From an uncultured Thiothrix sp. (GTDB taxonomy: Bacteria > Pseudomonadota > Gammaproteobacteria > Thiotrichales > Thiotrichaceae): a DNA stretch of 64,000 bases. Of this stretch, positions 42,150 through 50,816 are shown in pieces; position 1 is the stretch's first letter, and each line of letters begins with the position of its first letter. Where the stretch lies: NCBI GenBank assembly GCA_964617055.1, contig CAZTUZ010000002.1:9729-73728 (forward strand), given 5' to 3'. Below the pieces are notes generated by a model. That model searched no databases and was not told where the DNA came from. It was given only the letters and a program-made list of their open reading frames with translations. The position numbers were made by a program, and so were the translations under genes.

Positions 42150-42899
42150 ATGCGCTTCGATGTGGTGACGCTTTTTCCCGAACTGGTAAACGCTGTTGTG
42201 CAAAGCGGTGTGACAGGTCGAGCGGTAAAGCGAGGCATCATTCAGTTGCAGCATTGGAATCCACGCGACTATGCGCAGGATGTACATCGCACTGTCGATG
42301 ATCGTCCTTACGGTGGAGGGCCGGGTATGGTAATGAAGGCGGAAACGCTATTACCCGCTATTCGTGATGCCCGCCAACACAATTTGGGTAAAGTCGTTTA
42401 CCTTAGCCCTCAAGGTGTACCACTAACGCAAGCTTTAGTTTCGGAGCTTGCCACAGAAGCAGGTTTGATTTTGCTCTGTGGGCGTTATGAAGGAATAGAC
42501 GAGCGCATTATTGCGTTGGAAGTCGACCTTGAATGCTCAATTGGTGACTATGTTCTCAGTGGTGGTGAATTAGGTGCAATGGTATTGATCGATGCCATTA
42601 CCCGTTTGTTACCCGAGGCTTTAGGACATAACGAATCCGCTGCGCAAGATTCATTTTGTGCCGGATTGCTGGATTGTCCGCATTATACCCGCCCAGAAGT
42701 GTTGGAAGGTTTGCCGATTCCCGCCGTATTGAAAAGTGGTAATCACGCGGATATTGCTCGTTGGCGACACAAACAAGCACTTGGCAGAACGTGGCAGCGT
42801 AGACCGGAACTATTGCAGGCAAAACACTTAACGGATACCGAGCGTGTGTTGCTGGCTGAATATATCAACGAATTTGACAGAAGTAGTGAACTTCAGTAG
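42150..42899 (+). CDS. trmD: tRNA (guanine37-N1)-methyltransferase TrmD
   Basis: The ATG at 42150 gives [20 protein letters not shown] and [12 protein letters not shown] motifs are present. Confidence 0.95.
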   Translation: MRFDVVTLFPELVNAVVQSGVTGRAVKRGIIQLQHWNPRDYAQDVHRTVDDRPYGGGPGMVMKAETLLPAIRDARQHNLGKVVYLSPQGVPLTQALVSELATEAGLILLCGRYEGIDERIIALEVDLECSIGDYVLSGGELGAMVLIDAITRLLPEALGHNESAAQDSFCAGLLDCPHYTRPEVLEGLPIPAVLKSGNHADIARWRHKQALGRTWQRRPELLQAKHLTDTERVLLAEYINEFDRSSELQ

Positions 42900-42908
42900 A
42901 GGATTATC

Positions 42909-43253
42909 ATGAACGCGATTATTCAACAACTTGAACAAGAACAAATGGGTAAAACCATTCCTGACTTCAACCCAGGCGACACAGTTATCGTTCAAGTGCG
43001 TGTTAAAGAAGGCGACAAAGAACGCCAACAGGCTTATGAAGGCGTGGTTATCGCTAAGCGTAACCGTGGTTTGAACTCATCTTTCACTGTACGCAAAATT
43101 TCCTACGGTGAAGGTGTTGAGCGTGTATTCCAAACTTACAGCAATAGCATCGCTGGTATCGAAGTGAAGCGTCGTGGTGATGTTCGTCGTGCAAAATTGT
43201 ACTACCTGCGTGGTCGTACAGGTAAAGCAGCGCGTATCAAAGAAAAAATCTAA
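42909..43253 (+). CDS. rplS: 50S ribosomal protein L19
   Basis: 114 aa: ...[37 protein letters not shown]... Confidence 0.97.
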   Translation: MNAIIQQLEQEQMGKTIPDFNPGDTVIVQVRVKEGDKERQQAYEGVVIAKRNRGLNSSFTVRKISYGEGVERVFQTYSNSIAGIEVKRRGDVRRAKLYYLRGRTGKAARIKEKI

Positions 43254-43513
43254 TTGTCTGGCGACAGTTGATTACCAAGCCCGATACGCAACTTTGGGGT
43301 GTATCGGGTATCGCCGGATGCATCCAGTCGTTCGACTCTTCATATTTATTGTGAAGCTTTCTTGCTCGTACCCTGCATAAGGGGAAAATCCAGATTCTCG
43401 CCGTCAAACTCGACCGTTACTCTTTGAAAGCTGTACAGTATGTTGGGCAATGCATATGATTAGCAACGTGACAGCTTACTCAATAAAAATACCAAACAGG
43501 TCTGAGGGCTTAA

Positions 43514-45367
43514 GTGGGTAACTTTTTAGACTTTTCTTCACAAACACTGTTACCGTTGTATTTTTTACTAGCGGGTATTCTGTTGTTGCTCTTATTAGGT
43601 AGTTTGTTTGCGCGTCGTACCCGTCATAACGCGCGAAATCAAATATACCTTGCCCAACAAAACATGCTGGTATCTGCTTTAGCTGATGTGCAAGAGTTGG
43701 CAGTGTTAGTGGATGAAAAAGGCATTATTAGTTTTATCAACCCAGCGGCCGAGCGACTCTTAAAAACCAAGATGCGTAGCGCACGAGGTAGAGCGTGTGG
43801 ACAGTTTTTTACGCTCTTTGACCCATTAACTCGTACACCACTGCTATGGCTGGATCGGGCAAAATCCAATACCAATGAAAGGCTGGATATTCCTCTGGCT
43901 CTTTTGAGTGCAGGTGGTTTAAATGAATTGCGTGTGAGTTGTTCGGTGCAGTTACTGCAATATGAAGGTCATGATGGTTTCTACTTCATGTTGCTAATGC
44001 GTAATCAAACGGAATTACAAGAATTGCAAGTTCGAATGGAATATATCGGCTTGCATGATGCGCATACCAGCTTATTAAATCGTAAGGGTTTCGAGATTCG
44101 TCTGAAATTAGCTATCGATCAAGTTCGCCAACATGGTGTTAAACATTCATTTTGTTTAATTGCAATGGATCAATTTAAACTCGTGAATGATTCAATGGGG
44201 CATTCTGGCGGTGATGAGTTAATAAAACGTATTGCTAATTTATTGAAAGATGAAATTGATGCGAAGCGCGATATTTTAGCTCGATTAGGGGGTGATGAGT
44301 TTGGTATTTTGCTGCAAGAGGTTGAACCTTCCGTTGCTATTCAAGCAGTAGAGAGGATTTACAAAAAGTTATCGCAGTATAATTTCTTATGGAATGATAT
44401 GAATCAGCAGGTCACAGCTAGTATTGCATTCGTTCCATTCTATAAAGCCTTGGTATCCCCTAATAATCGTCAAATTTCAGTAAGCCGCATTTTATCAGTT
44501 GCTGATAATGCGTGCCGCGTTGCAAAAACTAAAGGTGGTAATCGGATTCATATTTATCGACCTAACGACCAAGAAGTTAATAAGCAACGTGGTAACTTAG
44601 TGTGGTTGGGACGTTTGAAAAAGGCATTTGAAGCGGGAAATTTCAGGTTAGTTGCTCAGCCTATTCAGTCTTTGGATGTTAAGGCGTTCAAAAAGCCATT
44701 TCATCATTACGAGGTATTAATTCGGTTGTATGATGAAGAGGAACAGCCAATTCCACCTGATGAGTTTATCCCTGCTGCTGAATACTTCTCTATGATGCCA
44801 CGCCTAGATCGTTGGGTAGTGCGCAAGTTATTGACTTCCTTACGCGACATTACACAACGTGTGCCATGCCCTGTTTTTGCGGTGAATTTGTCAGGACAAA
44901 GTTTGGATGAACCAGACTTTCTCCAATTTGTGCTGGATGAAATTCATAATGCTGGTATTAGTCCGGCTATGTTGTGTTTTGAGATTACGGAACGGGTGGC
45001 GATTCACAATTTGGAATTGGCTCACAAGTTTATCGAAACATTAAAAAATTTGGGCTGTAGTTTTTCATTGGATGATTTCGGTACAGGAGTTAGCTCGTTT
45101 TCGTATTTGAAGTCTTTGCCGTTGGATTATCTAAAAATTGATGGCAGTTTTATTAAAGATATTGCAACGGATACTGTCGCTGAGGCAATGGTGCGTTCAG
45201 TAAGTCAGGTCGGGCATTTAATGGGTGTCAAGGTGATTGCTGAATATGTCGAGAACGATCAGGTTATCCAAATCGTGCGCGATATTGGTGTAGACTATGG
45301 GCAGGGCTATGGTATTTCTAAACCCATTCCGCTGGAAGATGTTATTAAGCGTCATGTTTTACAATAG
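43514..45367 (+). CDS. membrane-anchored PAS-GGDEF-EAL c-di-GMP turnover protein
   Basis: 617 aa with an N-terminal TM. The GGDEF motif is RLGGDEFGILL. EAL-domain motifs are YEVLIRL, FAVNLS, EITE, DDFGTG and QGYGISKP. The gene is visibly more AT-rich than its neighbours. Confidence 0.9.
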   Translation: MGNFLDFSSQTLLPLYFLLAGILLLLLLGSLFARRTRHNARNQIYLAQQNMLVSALADVQELAVLVDEKGIISFINPAAERLLKTKMRSARGRACGQFFTLFDPLTRTPLLWLDRAKSNTNERLDIPLALLSAGGLNELRVSCSVQLLQYEGHDGFYFMLLMRNQTELQELQVRMEYIGLHDAHTSLLNRKGFEIRLKLAIDQVRQHGVKHSFCLIAMDQFKLVNDSMGHSGGDELIKRIANLLKDEIDAKRDILARLGGDEFGILLQEVEPSVAIQAVERIYKKLSQYNFLWNDMNQQVTASIAFVPFYKALVSPNNRQISVSRILSVADNACRVAKTKGGNRIHIYRPNDQEVNKQRGNLVWLGRLKKAFEAGNFRLVAQPIQSLDVKAFKKPFHHYEVLIRLYDEEEQPIPPDEFIPAAEYFSMMPRLDRWVVRKLLTSLRDITQRVPCPVFAVNLSGQSLDEPDFLQFVLDEIHNAGISPAMLCFEITERVAIHNLELAHKFIETLKNLGCSFSLDDFGTGVSSFSYLKSLPLDYLKIDGSFIKDIATDTVAEAMVRSVSQVGHLMGVKVIAEYVENDQVIQIVRDIGVDYGQGYGISKPIPLEDVIKRHVLQ

Positions 45368-45401
45368 CCATTGATTTAAAAAAAGGTTGGCAAGTTTACG
45401 C

Positions 45402-46754
45402 ATGAAAATTCATATTTTGGGTATTTGCGGTACGTTTATGGGCGGTATCGCATTGCTGGCACGCGCCAAAGGTCACACGGTAACGGGTTCGGATACCAAT
45501 GTTTACCCGCCAATGAGCACCATGTTAGTAGAGCAGGGTGTTGATATTACGCAAGGTTACGCGCCGCAGGATTTACCCAGTGACGTGGATGCTTTCGTGG
45601 TGGGCAATGTGATGAAACGCGGTTTGGATGTGGTGGAACACGTTTTGGATCGCAATTTACCGTACATTTCAGGACCGCAATGGTTGTATGAAAACATTTT
45701 GCGCGATAGTTGGGTCTTGGCGGTGGCGGGGACGCACGGTAAAACCACTACATCCAGCATGTTGGCGTGGATTTTGGAATACGCTGGCTTAAAACCGGGC
45801 TTTTTGATTGGCGGTGTGCCAGAAAACTTTGGCGTGTCGGCGCGTTTGGGTGAATCGCCATTTTTCGTGGTGGAAGCAGACGAATATGACACCGCGTTTT
45901 TCGACAAGCGTTCTAAATTCGTGCATTACCACCCGCGTACTGTGATTCTGAATAATCTCGAATACGACCACGCTGATATTTTCCCCGACGTGCAAGCCAT
46001 TAAAACCCAGTTTCACCATTTAATGCGTACCGTGCCGCGTTCCGGTTTGGCGGTGGTGAATGGTGCGGATCAGCATTTGCACGACACGCTGGCAATGGGG
46101 TGTTGGACTCCGGTGGAAACATTCGCGCAGGGTGATTGGCAAGCGGAATATTTACACGCTGATGGCAGCGCGTTTCGCGTGTTATTCAAGGGTGAAGTGC
46201 AAGGCGTGGTTGAATGGGATTTGCTCGGCGAACATAACGTGAATAATGCGTTGGCAGCGATTGCAGCGGCGCGTCACGTTGGTGTGCCTGTGGCACACGC
46301 GATTGCGGGTTTAGCGGAGTTCAAAGGCGTTAAGCGACGTATGCAGGTGCGGGGTACGGTGCGCGATGTCACCGTTTACGACGATTTTGCCCACCATCCG
46401 ACTGCGATTACCACCACATTGGCGGGGTTACGCGCTAAGGTTGGGCAAGCGCGGATTATTGCCCTGCTGGAGCCGCGTTCCAACACCATGCGTATGGGGA
46501 CGCACAAAGCATTGTTGGCGGAATCCTTGCAGGCAGCGGATAGCGTTTACCTGTACCAACCGCCGAATTTGGGCTGGGATTTGAGCGATGTGGTGGCGGA
46601 AATCGGTGCGAAAGGGCAATTGGTGCAAGACATTGAGCAACTCGCGGCAATAGTCGCTGCCCAAGCGCAAGCTGGAGACCATATTCTGGTTATGAGTAAT
46701 GGCGGTTTCGGGGGGATTCATGACAAGCTGTTAGCGGCATTAGCAAAACAGTAA
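45402..46754 (+). CDS. mpl: UDP-N-acetylmuramate:L-alanyl-gamma-D-glutamyl-meso-diaminopimelate ligase (murein peptide ligase)
   Basis: The ATG at 45402 gives MKIHILGICGTFMGGIA. The P-loop is [11 protein letters not shown]. Confidence 0.9.
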   Translation: MKIHILGICGTFMGGIALLARAKGHTVTGSDTNVYPPMSTMLVEQGVDITQGYAPQDLPSDVDAFVVGNVMKRGLDVVEHVLDRNLPYISGPQWLYENILRDSWVLAVAGTHGKTTTSSMLAWILEYAGLKPGFLIGGVPENFGVSARLGESPFFVVEADEYDTAFFDKRSKFVHYHPRTVILNNLEYDHADIFPDVQAIKTQFHHLMRTVPRSGLAVVNGADQHLHDTLAMGCWTPVETFAQGDWQAEYLHADGSAFRVLFKGEVQGVVEWDLLGEHNVNNALAAIAAARHVGVPVAHAIAGLAEFKGVKRRMQVRGTVRDVTVYDDFAHHPTAITTTLAGLRAKVGQARIIALLEPRSNTMRMGTHKALLAESLQAADSVYLYQPPNLGWDLSDVVAEIGAKGQLVQDIEQLAAIVAAQAQAGDHILVMSNGGFGGIHDKLLAALAKQ

Positions 46755-46764
46755 GGATGATTGC

Positions 46765-47379
46765 GTGAAAACCATTACGCTGATTATGACAGGGGCATCG
46801 GGTGCGCAATACGGTTTGCGTTTGCTGGAATGCTTATTACGCAGCGATTGTCGGGTGTATTTGTTGCTGTCGCGTCCGGCGCAAGTGGTGGTGAACATGG
46901 AAACCGACCACCGTCTACCGTCGCGTGCCAGCGAGATTCAAGCGTATTTCAGTGAACTGTACGGCGCAAAACCGGAACAGTTACAAGTCTTCGAGCGCGA
47001 ACAATGGATAGCCCCGATTGCCAGCGGTAGTGGTGTGGCGGATGCGACTGTGGTTTGCCCGTGTACTACCGGAACATTATCGGCGATTGCCTGCGGCAGC
47101 AGCCGTAACTTGATTGAACGTGCCGCTGACGTTGCTTTGAAAGAGCGCAAAAAGTTGATCTTAGTGATACGCGAAACGCCATTTTCCGAGATTCACTTAG
47201 AAAACATGCTGAAACTGGCGCGGATGGGGGCTATTATCATGCCCGCCAATCCAGGGTTCTACCAGCGTCCGCAAACACTTGGGGAATTGGTGGACTTTAT
47301 GGTGGCGCGGGTGTTGGATCATTTGGACATTCCGCAAACCTTAATGCCGCGTTGGGGTGAGCCGTTTGCGCAGGATTAA
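46765..47379 (+). CDS. ubiX: flavin prenyltransferase UbiX
   Basis: 204 aa with a GTG start and MTGASGAQYGLRLLE N-terminus. PCTTGTLSAIA and PFSEIHLENMLKL are present. Confidence 0.9.
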   Translation: MKTITLIMTGASGAQYGLRLLECLLRSDCRVYLLLSRPAQVVVNMETDHRLPSRASEIQAYFSELYGAKPEQLQVFEREQWIAPIASGSGVADATVVCPCTTGTLSAIACGSSRNLIERAADVALKERKKLILVIRETPFSEIHLENMLKLARMGAIIMPANPGFYQRPQTLGELVDFMVARVLDHLDIPQTLMPRWGEPFAQD

Positions 47380-47447
47380 GGCGGATACATTGGGCAACCT
47401 CCATGATTTGTTGTCCATTTCATTTACACAATAGATAGGAGATTGTC

Positions 47448-47819
47448 ATGGCAACTGAAGACATTACCTCACAAAGTTTTGAAGAAACCATTACCACTAA
47501 CGACATCGTGATTGTGGATTTCTGGGCACCGTGGTGTGGACCTTGCCGTTCTTTCGCGCCAACTTACGAGAAAGTTTCTGAAAATCACCCAGACATCGTG
47601 TTTGCCAAAGTGAATACGGAAGAAGAACAGGAATTAGCTTCGCATTTCCAAATCCGTTCCATTCCAACGCTGATGATTTTTCGCGAGCAAGTCGTATTAT
47701 TCGCCCAGCCTGGAATGCTGAGCGAAGGTCAATTGGAACAAGTGATTACGCAAGTTCGTAGCATTGATATGGCGAAAGTTCACGCAGAAATCGCCACACA
47801 AGAAGCGCAACAGCAATAG
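47448..47819 (+). CDS. thioredoxin
   Basis: 123 aa with the WAPWCGPC active site. Confidence 0.92.
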   Translation: MATEDITSQSFEETITTNDIVIVDFWAPWCGPCRSFAPTYEKVSENHPDIVFAKVNTEEEQELASHFQIRSIPTLMIFREQVVLFAQPGMLSEGQLEQVITQVRSIDMAKVHAEIATQEAQQQ

Positions 47820-47838
47820 TTTCCTGCTGCCATTATAC

Positions 47839-47866
47839 AAAGCCAGTCGCAAAGGCTGGCTTTTTG
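47839..47866. terminator. bidirectional terminator between thioredoxin and the convergent membrane protein gene
   Basis: aaagccag(tc) pairs with (ga)ctggcttt around 47839-47863 with loop gcaaa. T-runs lie on both strands. Confidence 0.65.
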
Positions 47867-47869
47867 CAT

Positions 47870-48487
47870 TTAGATAAGCCACAAAGCAAAGCAACTCAAT
47901 AAACCAATCATAACCAAGCTATACAGTTCGGTGCTTTGTTTGTTGCCCATAAAACGCAAGGGTTGGTTGGTGGTATTTTCCGCGTTGCCGTTGCTCGGTA
48001 GCTTTACACCGTCCAAGTCATCAAGCAGTAAATGCAGCAAGTAGCCAACTCCAGATGCGAGAAACCCAGGTACTGCCGCATCTGCGCCAGCCGTGAGATA
48101 GGCTATCCATGCAACACCTAACGACAGACACAATGCCGCCAAGACGGAATGCGTTTGTCCACCGCGTTCGACAATCTGGTGAAAGAGCTTCCAGAATTGC
48201 GTTACCAAAAACCACGCTAAAAAAATCGCGATAATCAAATCGGTTGGACGATAAAAAAACTGAATTGTCGGTACTGTTAATGCGGCTAGTCGTGTTAAAC
48301 GCTGAATAACACGATAGCTATTGGATTGTACATCATCAATCTCGGGTAAGAGTGCACCAACATAGCCACTAAGAAAAGTGGTTGCAATGACCCACAACGG
48401 TAATGATGGCGCGACGGCGGAAACGGTCGCCCCAGCTCCTAACCCTGTTGCCAATGCCGCCGCATGATAGGTTTTGTAATCTGCCAT
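47870..48487 (-). CDS. membrane protein, YdjM/DUF457-like metal-dependent hydrolase family (tentative)
   Basis: 205 aa polytopic protein. The motifs LLPEIDD, ERGGQTHS and HLLLDD resemble the LPDID / HRG.THS / H..D pattern of DUF457. Confidence 0.45.
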   Translation of the reverse strand: MADYKTYHAAALATGLGAGATVSAVAPSLPLWVIATTFLSGYVGALLPEIDDVQSNSYRVIQRLTRLAALTVPTIQFFYRPTDLIIAIFLAWFLVTQFWKLFHQIVERGGQTHSVLAALCLSLGVAWIAYLTAGADAAVPGFLASGVGYLLHLLLDDLDGVKLPSNGNAENTTNQPLRFMGNKQSTELYSLVMIGLLSCFALWLI

Positions 48488-48681
48488 AAGCCCTAGTCCC
48501 CATTGTGTTTTTTTGTTGCGTATTAATGACGTTTTAGTTTTTGTTTAGTAAAGGAAAAGGCTAGATAAGTTCCAGCCAATTCCGCCCCTGTTTTAAATTT
48601 TTCCATGTCACTGGGGGGTGAAATGGATTTCCTCACTTCGCGGTTTTTATTGAAATCGTTGCCAGTCTGCTGACTAACGCT

Positions 48682-48760
48682 AAAAAAAAGAGGGAACGGG
48701 CATCCCTCTTATCGGGCTTTTGCGTCTATTCTTTATCAACAGTTATTTTTATGATGGCGG
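48682..48760 (-). ncRNA. candidate small RNA (orphan promoter plus intrinsic terminator)
   Basis: On the minus strand: TTGAAC (48795-48790), 17-nt spacer, TAGAAT (48772-48767). About 60 nt further on is the hairpin gaggga/tccctc (48708-48690) followed by U8 (48689-48682). There is no ORF in between. Confidence 0.3.
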
Positions 48761-48854
48761 GATTGGATTCTATAGAAGAGTGATGATCTGTTCAATAACT
48801 ATACATCATGCAAACTACTGCTCAGGATTTTGAATTACTGCTACAATCCGCGTT

Positions 48855-49958
48855 ATGTCAGGAAATAGCTTTGGAAAACTTTTTACCGTGACCTCCTTCG
48901 GTGAGAGTCATGGACTCGCAATCGGCTGCATCGTGGATGGCTGCCCGCCCGGACTCGCCCTCACGGAAGCTGATATTCAAATTGACCTTGATCGGCGCAA
49001 GCCGGGGCAAAGCCGCCATACCACGCAGCGGCGCGAACCCGATGAAGTGCAGATTCTTTCCGGCGTGTTTGAAGGCAAAACCACGGGGACACCGATTGCC
49101 TTGATCATCCACAACACGGATCAACGCTCGAAAGATTACGGCGACATTCTGGATCGTTTCCGCCCTGGGCACGCGGATTACACCTACTACAAAAAGTACG
49201 GCCTGCGTGATTACCGTGGCGGCGGGCGTTCGTCAGCGCGGGAAACCGCGATGCGCGTAGCGGCGGGTGCAATCGCCAAAAAATGGCTGCACGAACGTTA
49301 TGGCGTGGTGATTCGCGGTTATTTGTCGCAACTAGGGCCGATCAAAGCGGAAACCTTGGATTGGGATGAAATCGCCAATAACCCGTTTTTCTGCCCTGAT
49401 GCGAGCAAAGTCGCGGCGATGGAAGCCTACATGGACGCGCTGCGCAAAGAAGGCAATTCCATCGGCGCGAAAATCACCACAGTGGCAAGTCATGTGCCCG
49501 TGGGTTGGGGCGAACCGATTTTTGACCGTTTGGATGCGGACATTGCCCACGCGATGATGTCGATTAATGCCGCGAAAGGCGTGGAAGTCGGTGCAGGTTT
49601 CGCCTGTGTGGAACAAAAAGGCACAGAACACCGCGACGAAATCACCATGCAAGGTTTCCTAAGTAACCACGCGGGTGGCATTTTGGGTGGGATTTCCTCA
49701 GGGCAAGACATTGTGGTTCACACCGCGTTCAAACCCACGTCCAGTATGCGTATTGCGGGGCAAAGCGTGAATTTGTCCGGCGAAGCGGTGGAAGTCATTA
49801 CCAAAGGTCGCCATGACCCGTGCGTGGGGATTCGTGCCACGCCGATTTGCGAAGCCATGTTAGCCATTACGCTCATGGATCACGCCTTACGCCATCGCGC
49901 CCAGAATGCTGATGTTGTTACCAGCCTACCCAATATTCCCGCCTCACCAACGGTATAA
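48855..49958 (+). CDS. aroC: chorismate synthase
   Basis: 367 aa. [20 protein letters not shown] is colinear with E. coli AroC. Confidence 0.97.
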   Translation: MSGNSFGKLFTVTSFGESHGLAIGCIVDGCPPGLALTEADIQIDLDRRKPGQSRHTTQRREPDEVQILSGVFEGKTTGTPIALIIHNTDQRSKDYGDILDRFRPGHADYTYYKKYGLRDYRGGGRSSARETAMRVAAGAIAKKWLHERYGVVIRGYLSQLGPIKAETLDWDEIANNPFFCPDASKVAAMEAYMDALRKEGNSIGAKITTVASHVPVGWGEPIFDRLDADIAHAMMSINAAKGVEVGAGFACVEQKGTEHRDEITMQGFLSNHAGGILGGISSGQDIVVHTAFKPTSSMRIAGQSVNLSGEAVEVITKGRHDPCVGIRATPICEAMLAITLMDHALRHRAQNADVVTSLPNIPASPTV

Positions 49959-49972
49959 TCCCTTGATTCAAC

Positions 49973-50003
49973 GCCCTTTCCCACAGCAGGAAAGGGCTTT
50001 CGT
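49973..50003 (+). terminator. terminator after aroC
   Basis: gccctttcc (49973-49981) pairs with ggaaagggc (49989-49997), followed by tttcgtt. Confidence 0.6.
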
Positions 50004-50072
50004 TCGGGAAATCGTTAACGGTTTGCTACAATAATGATGTGACATGCAAACGATAGCTGAGGAAACATTGCC

Positions 50073-50327
50073 ATGAAGCGCACGATTGAAATTGATTGTC
50101 CGCCGGAACTGCTGATTGGACTCCACCTAAATGCAGAACGTTTTGCTGAATACCTCAAACGGCAGGCAGCCATTAGCTTATTCAACGAAGGTCGGATCAG
50201 CTCTGGAACGGCAGCAACGTGGCTGGACATTTCTCGCGTTGAATTTTTGCATTTAGCATGGGAAGCAGGGGCTGTTTTGTTGGAGGATTCCAGTGACGAT
50301 TGGGAACGGGAAACGGCTTTGTTATGA
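50073..50327 (+). CDS. UPF0175-family antitoxin-like protein
   Basis: 84 aa. The pattern IEI..PELL..L.L....F......A...L...G.IS.G.AA..L..SR.EF..L is typical of UPF0175 (COG2886). Confidence 0.75.
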   Translation: MKRTIEIDCPPELLIGLHLNAERFAEYLKRQAAISLFNEGRISSGTAATWLDISRVEFLHLAWEAGAVLLEDSSDDWERETALL

Positions 50328-50800
50328 GTATCGTGTTCAGTAATACCACGCCATTTATTGCGCTCGCCAGTATTGATCGCCTTGATCTTATGTTTCGCTG
50401 TTTTGGTAATGTCCATGTCGTGACGGAAGTGCTGGACGAATGTGCAGTTGGTGGCAGAATCAAAGTCCCTAATTTGCGCCTTTTGGATTGGATTATTCCT
50501 GTAGATTCATTGCCTGTGGTACACACCACGGTGTTATTAGAGTTGGATAAAGGCGAGAAGCACACGATTGACATGGCAAAGCGCAGTGCTGCGGATTGGG
50601 TCATTATTGATGAAAAAATAGGGCGTAATTTGGCGGAATACCTTGGGTTGCGCGTCACAGGAACGCTAGGTATCTTGTTGAAAGCGAAACAACAGGGCTG
50701 GCTTGATTCGTTTGTGGATGCCGTGTACGCCATGCAGCAATGTGGTATTCGTTATCATCCTGATTTGGTCAGAAAACTCGCCAAGCAGGTGGGTGAGTAA
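50324..50800 (+). CDS. DUF3368-family PIN-like toxin-like protein
   Basis: The ATG at 50324 overlaps the antitoxin stop (ATGA). MSIVFSNTTPFIALASIDRLDLM...LDKGEKHTIDMA...GTLGILLKAKQQG fits DUF3368 (COG2405). Confidence 0.75.
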   Translation: MSIVFSNTTPFIALASIDRLDLMFRCFGNVHVVTEVLDECAVGGRIKVPNLRLLDWIIPVDSLPVVHTTVLLELDKGEKHTIDMAKRSAADWVIIDEKIGRNLAEYLGLRVTGTLGILLKAKQQGWLDSFVDAVYAMQQCGIRYHPDLVRKLAKQVGE

Positions 50801-50816
50801 CGCCCACCCACAAGTT

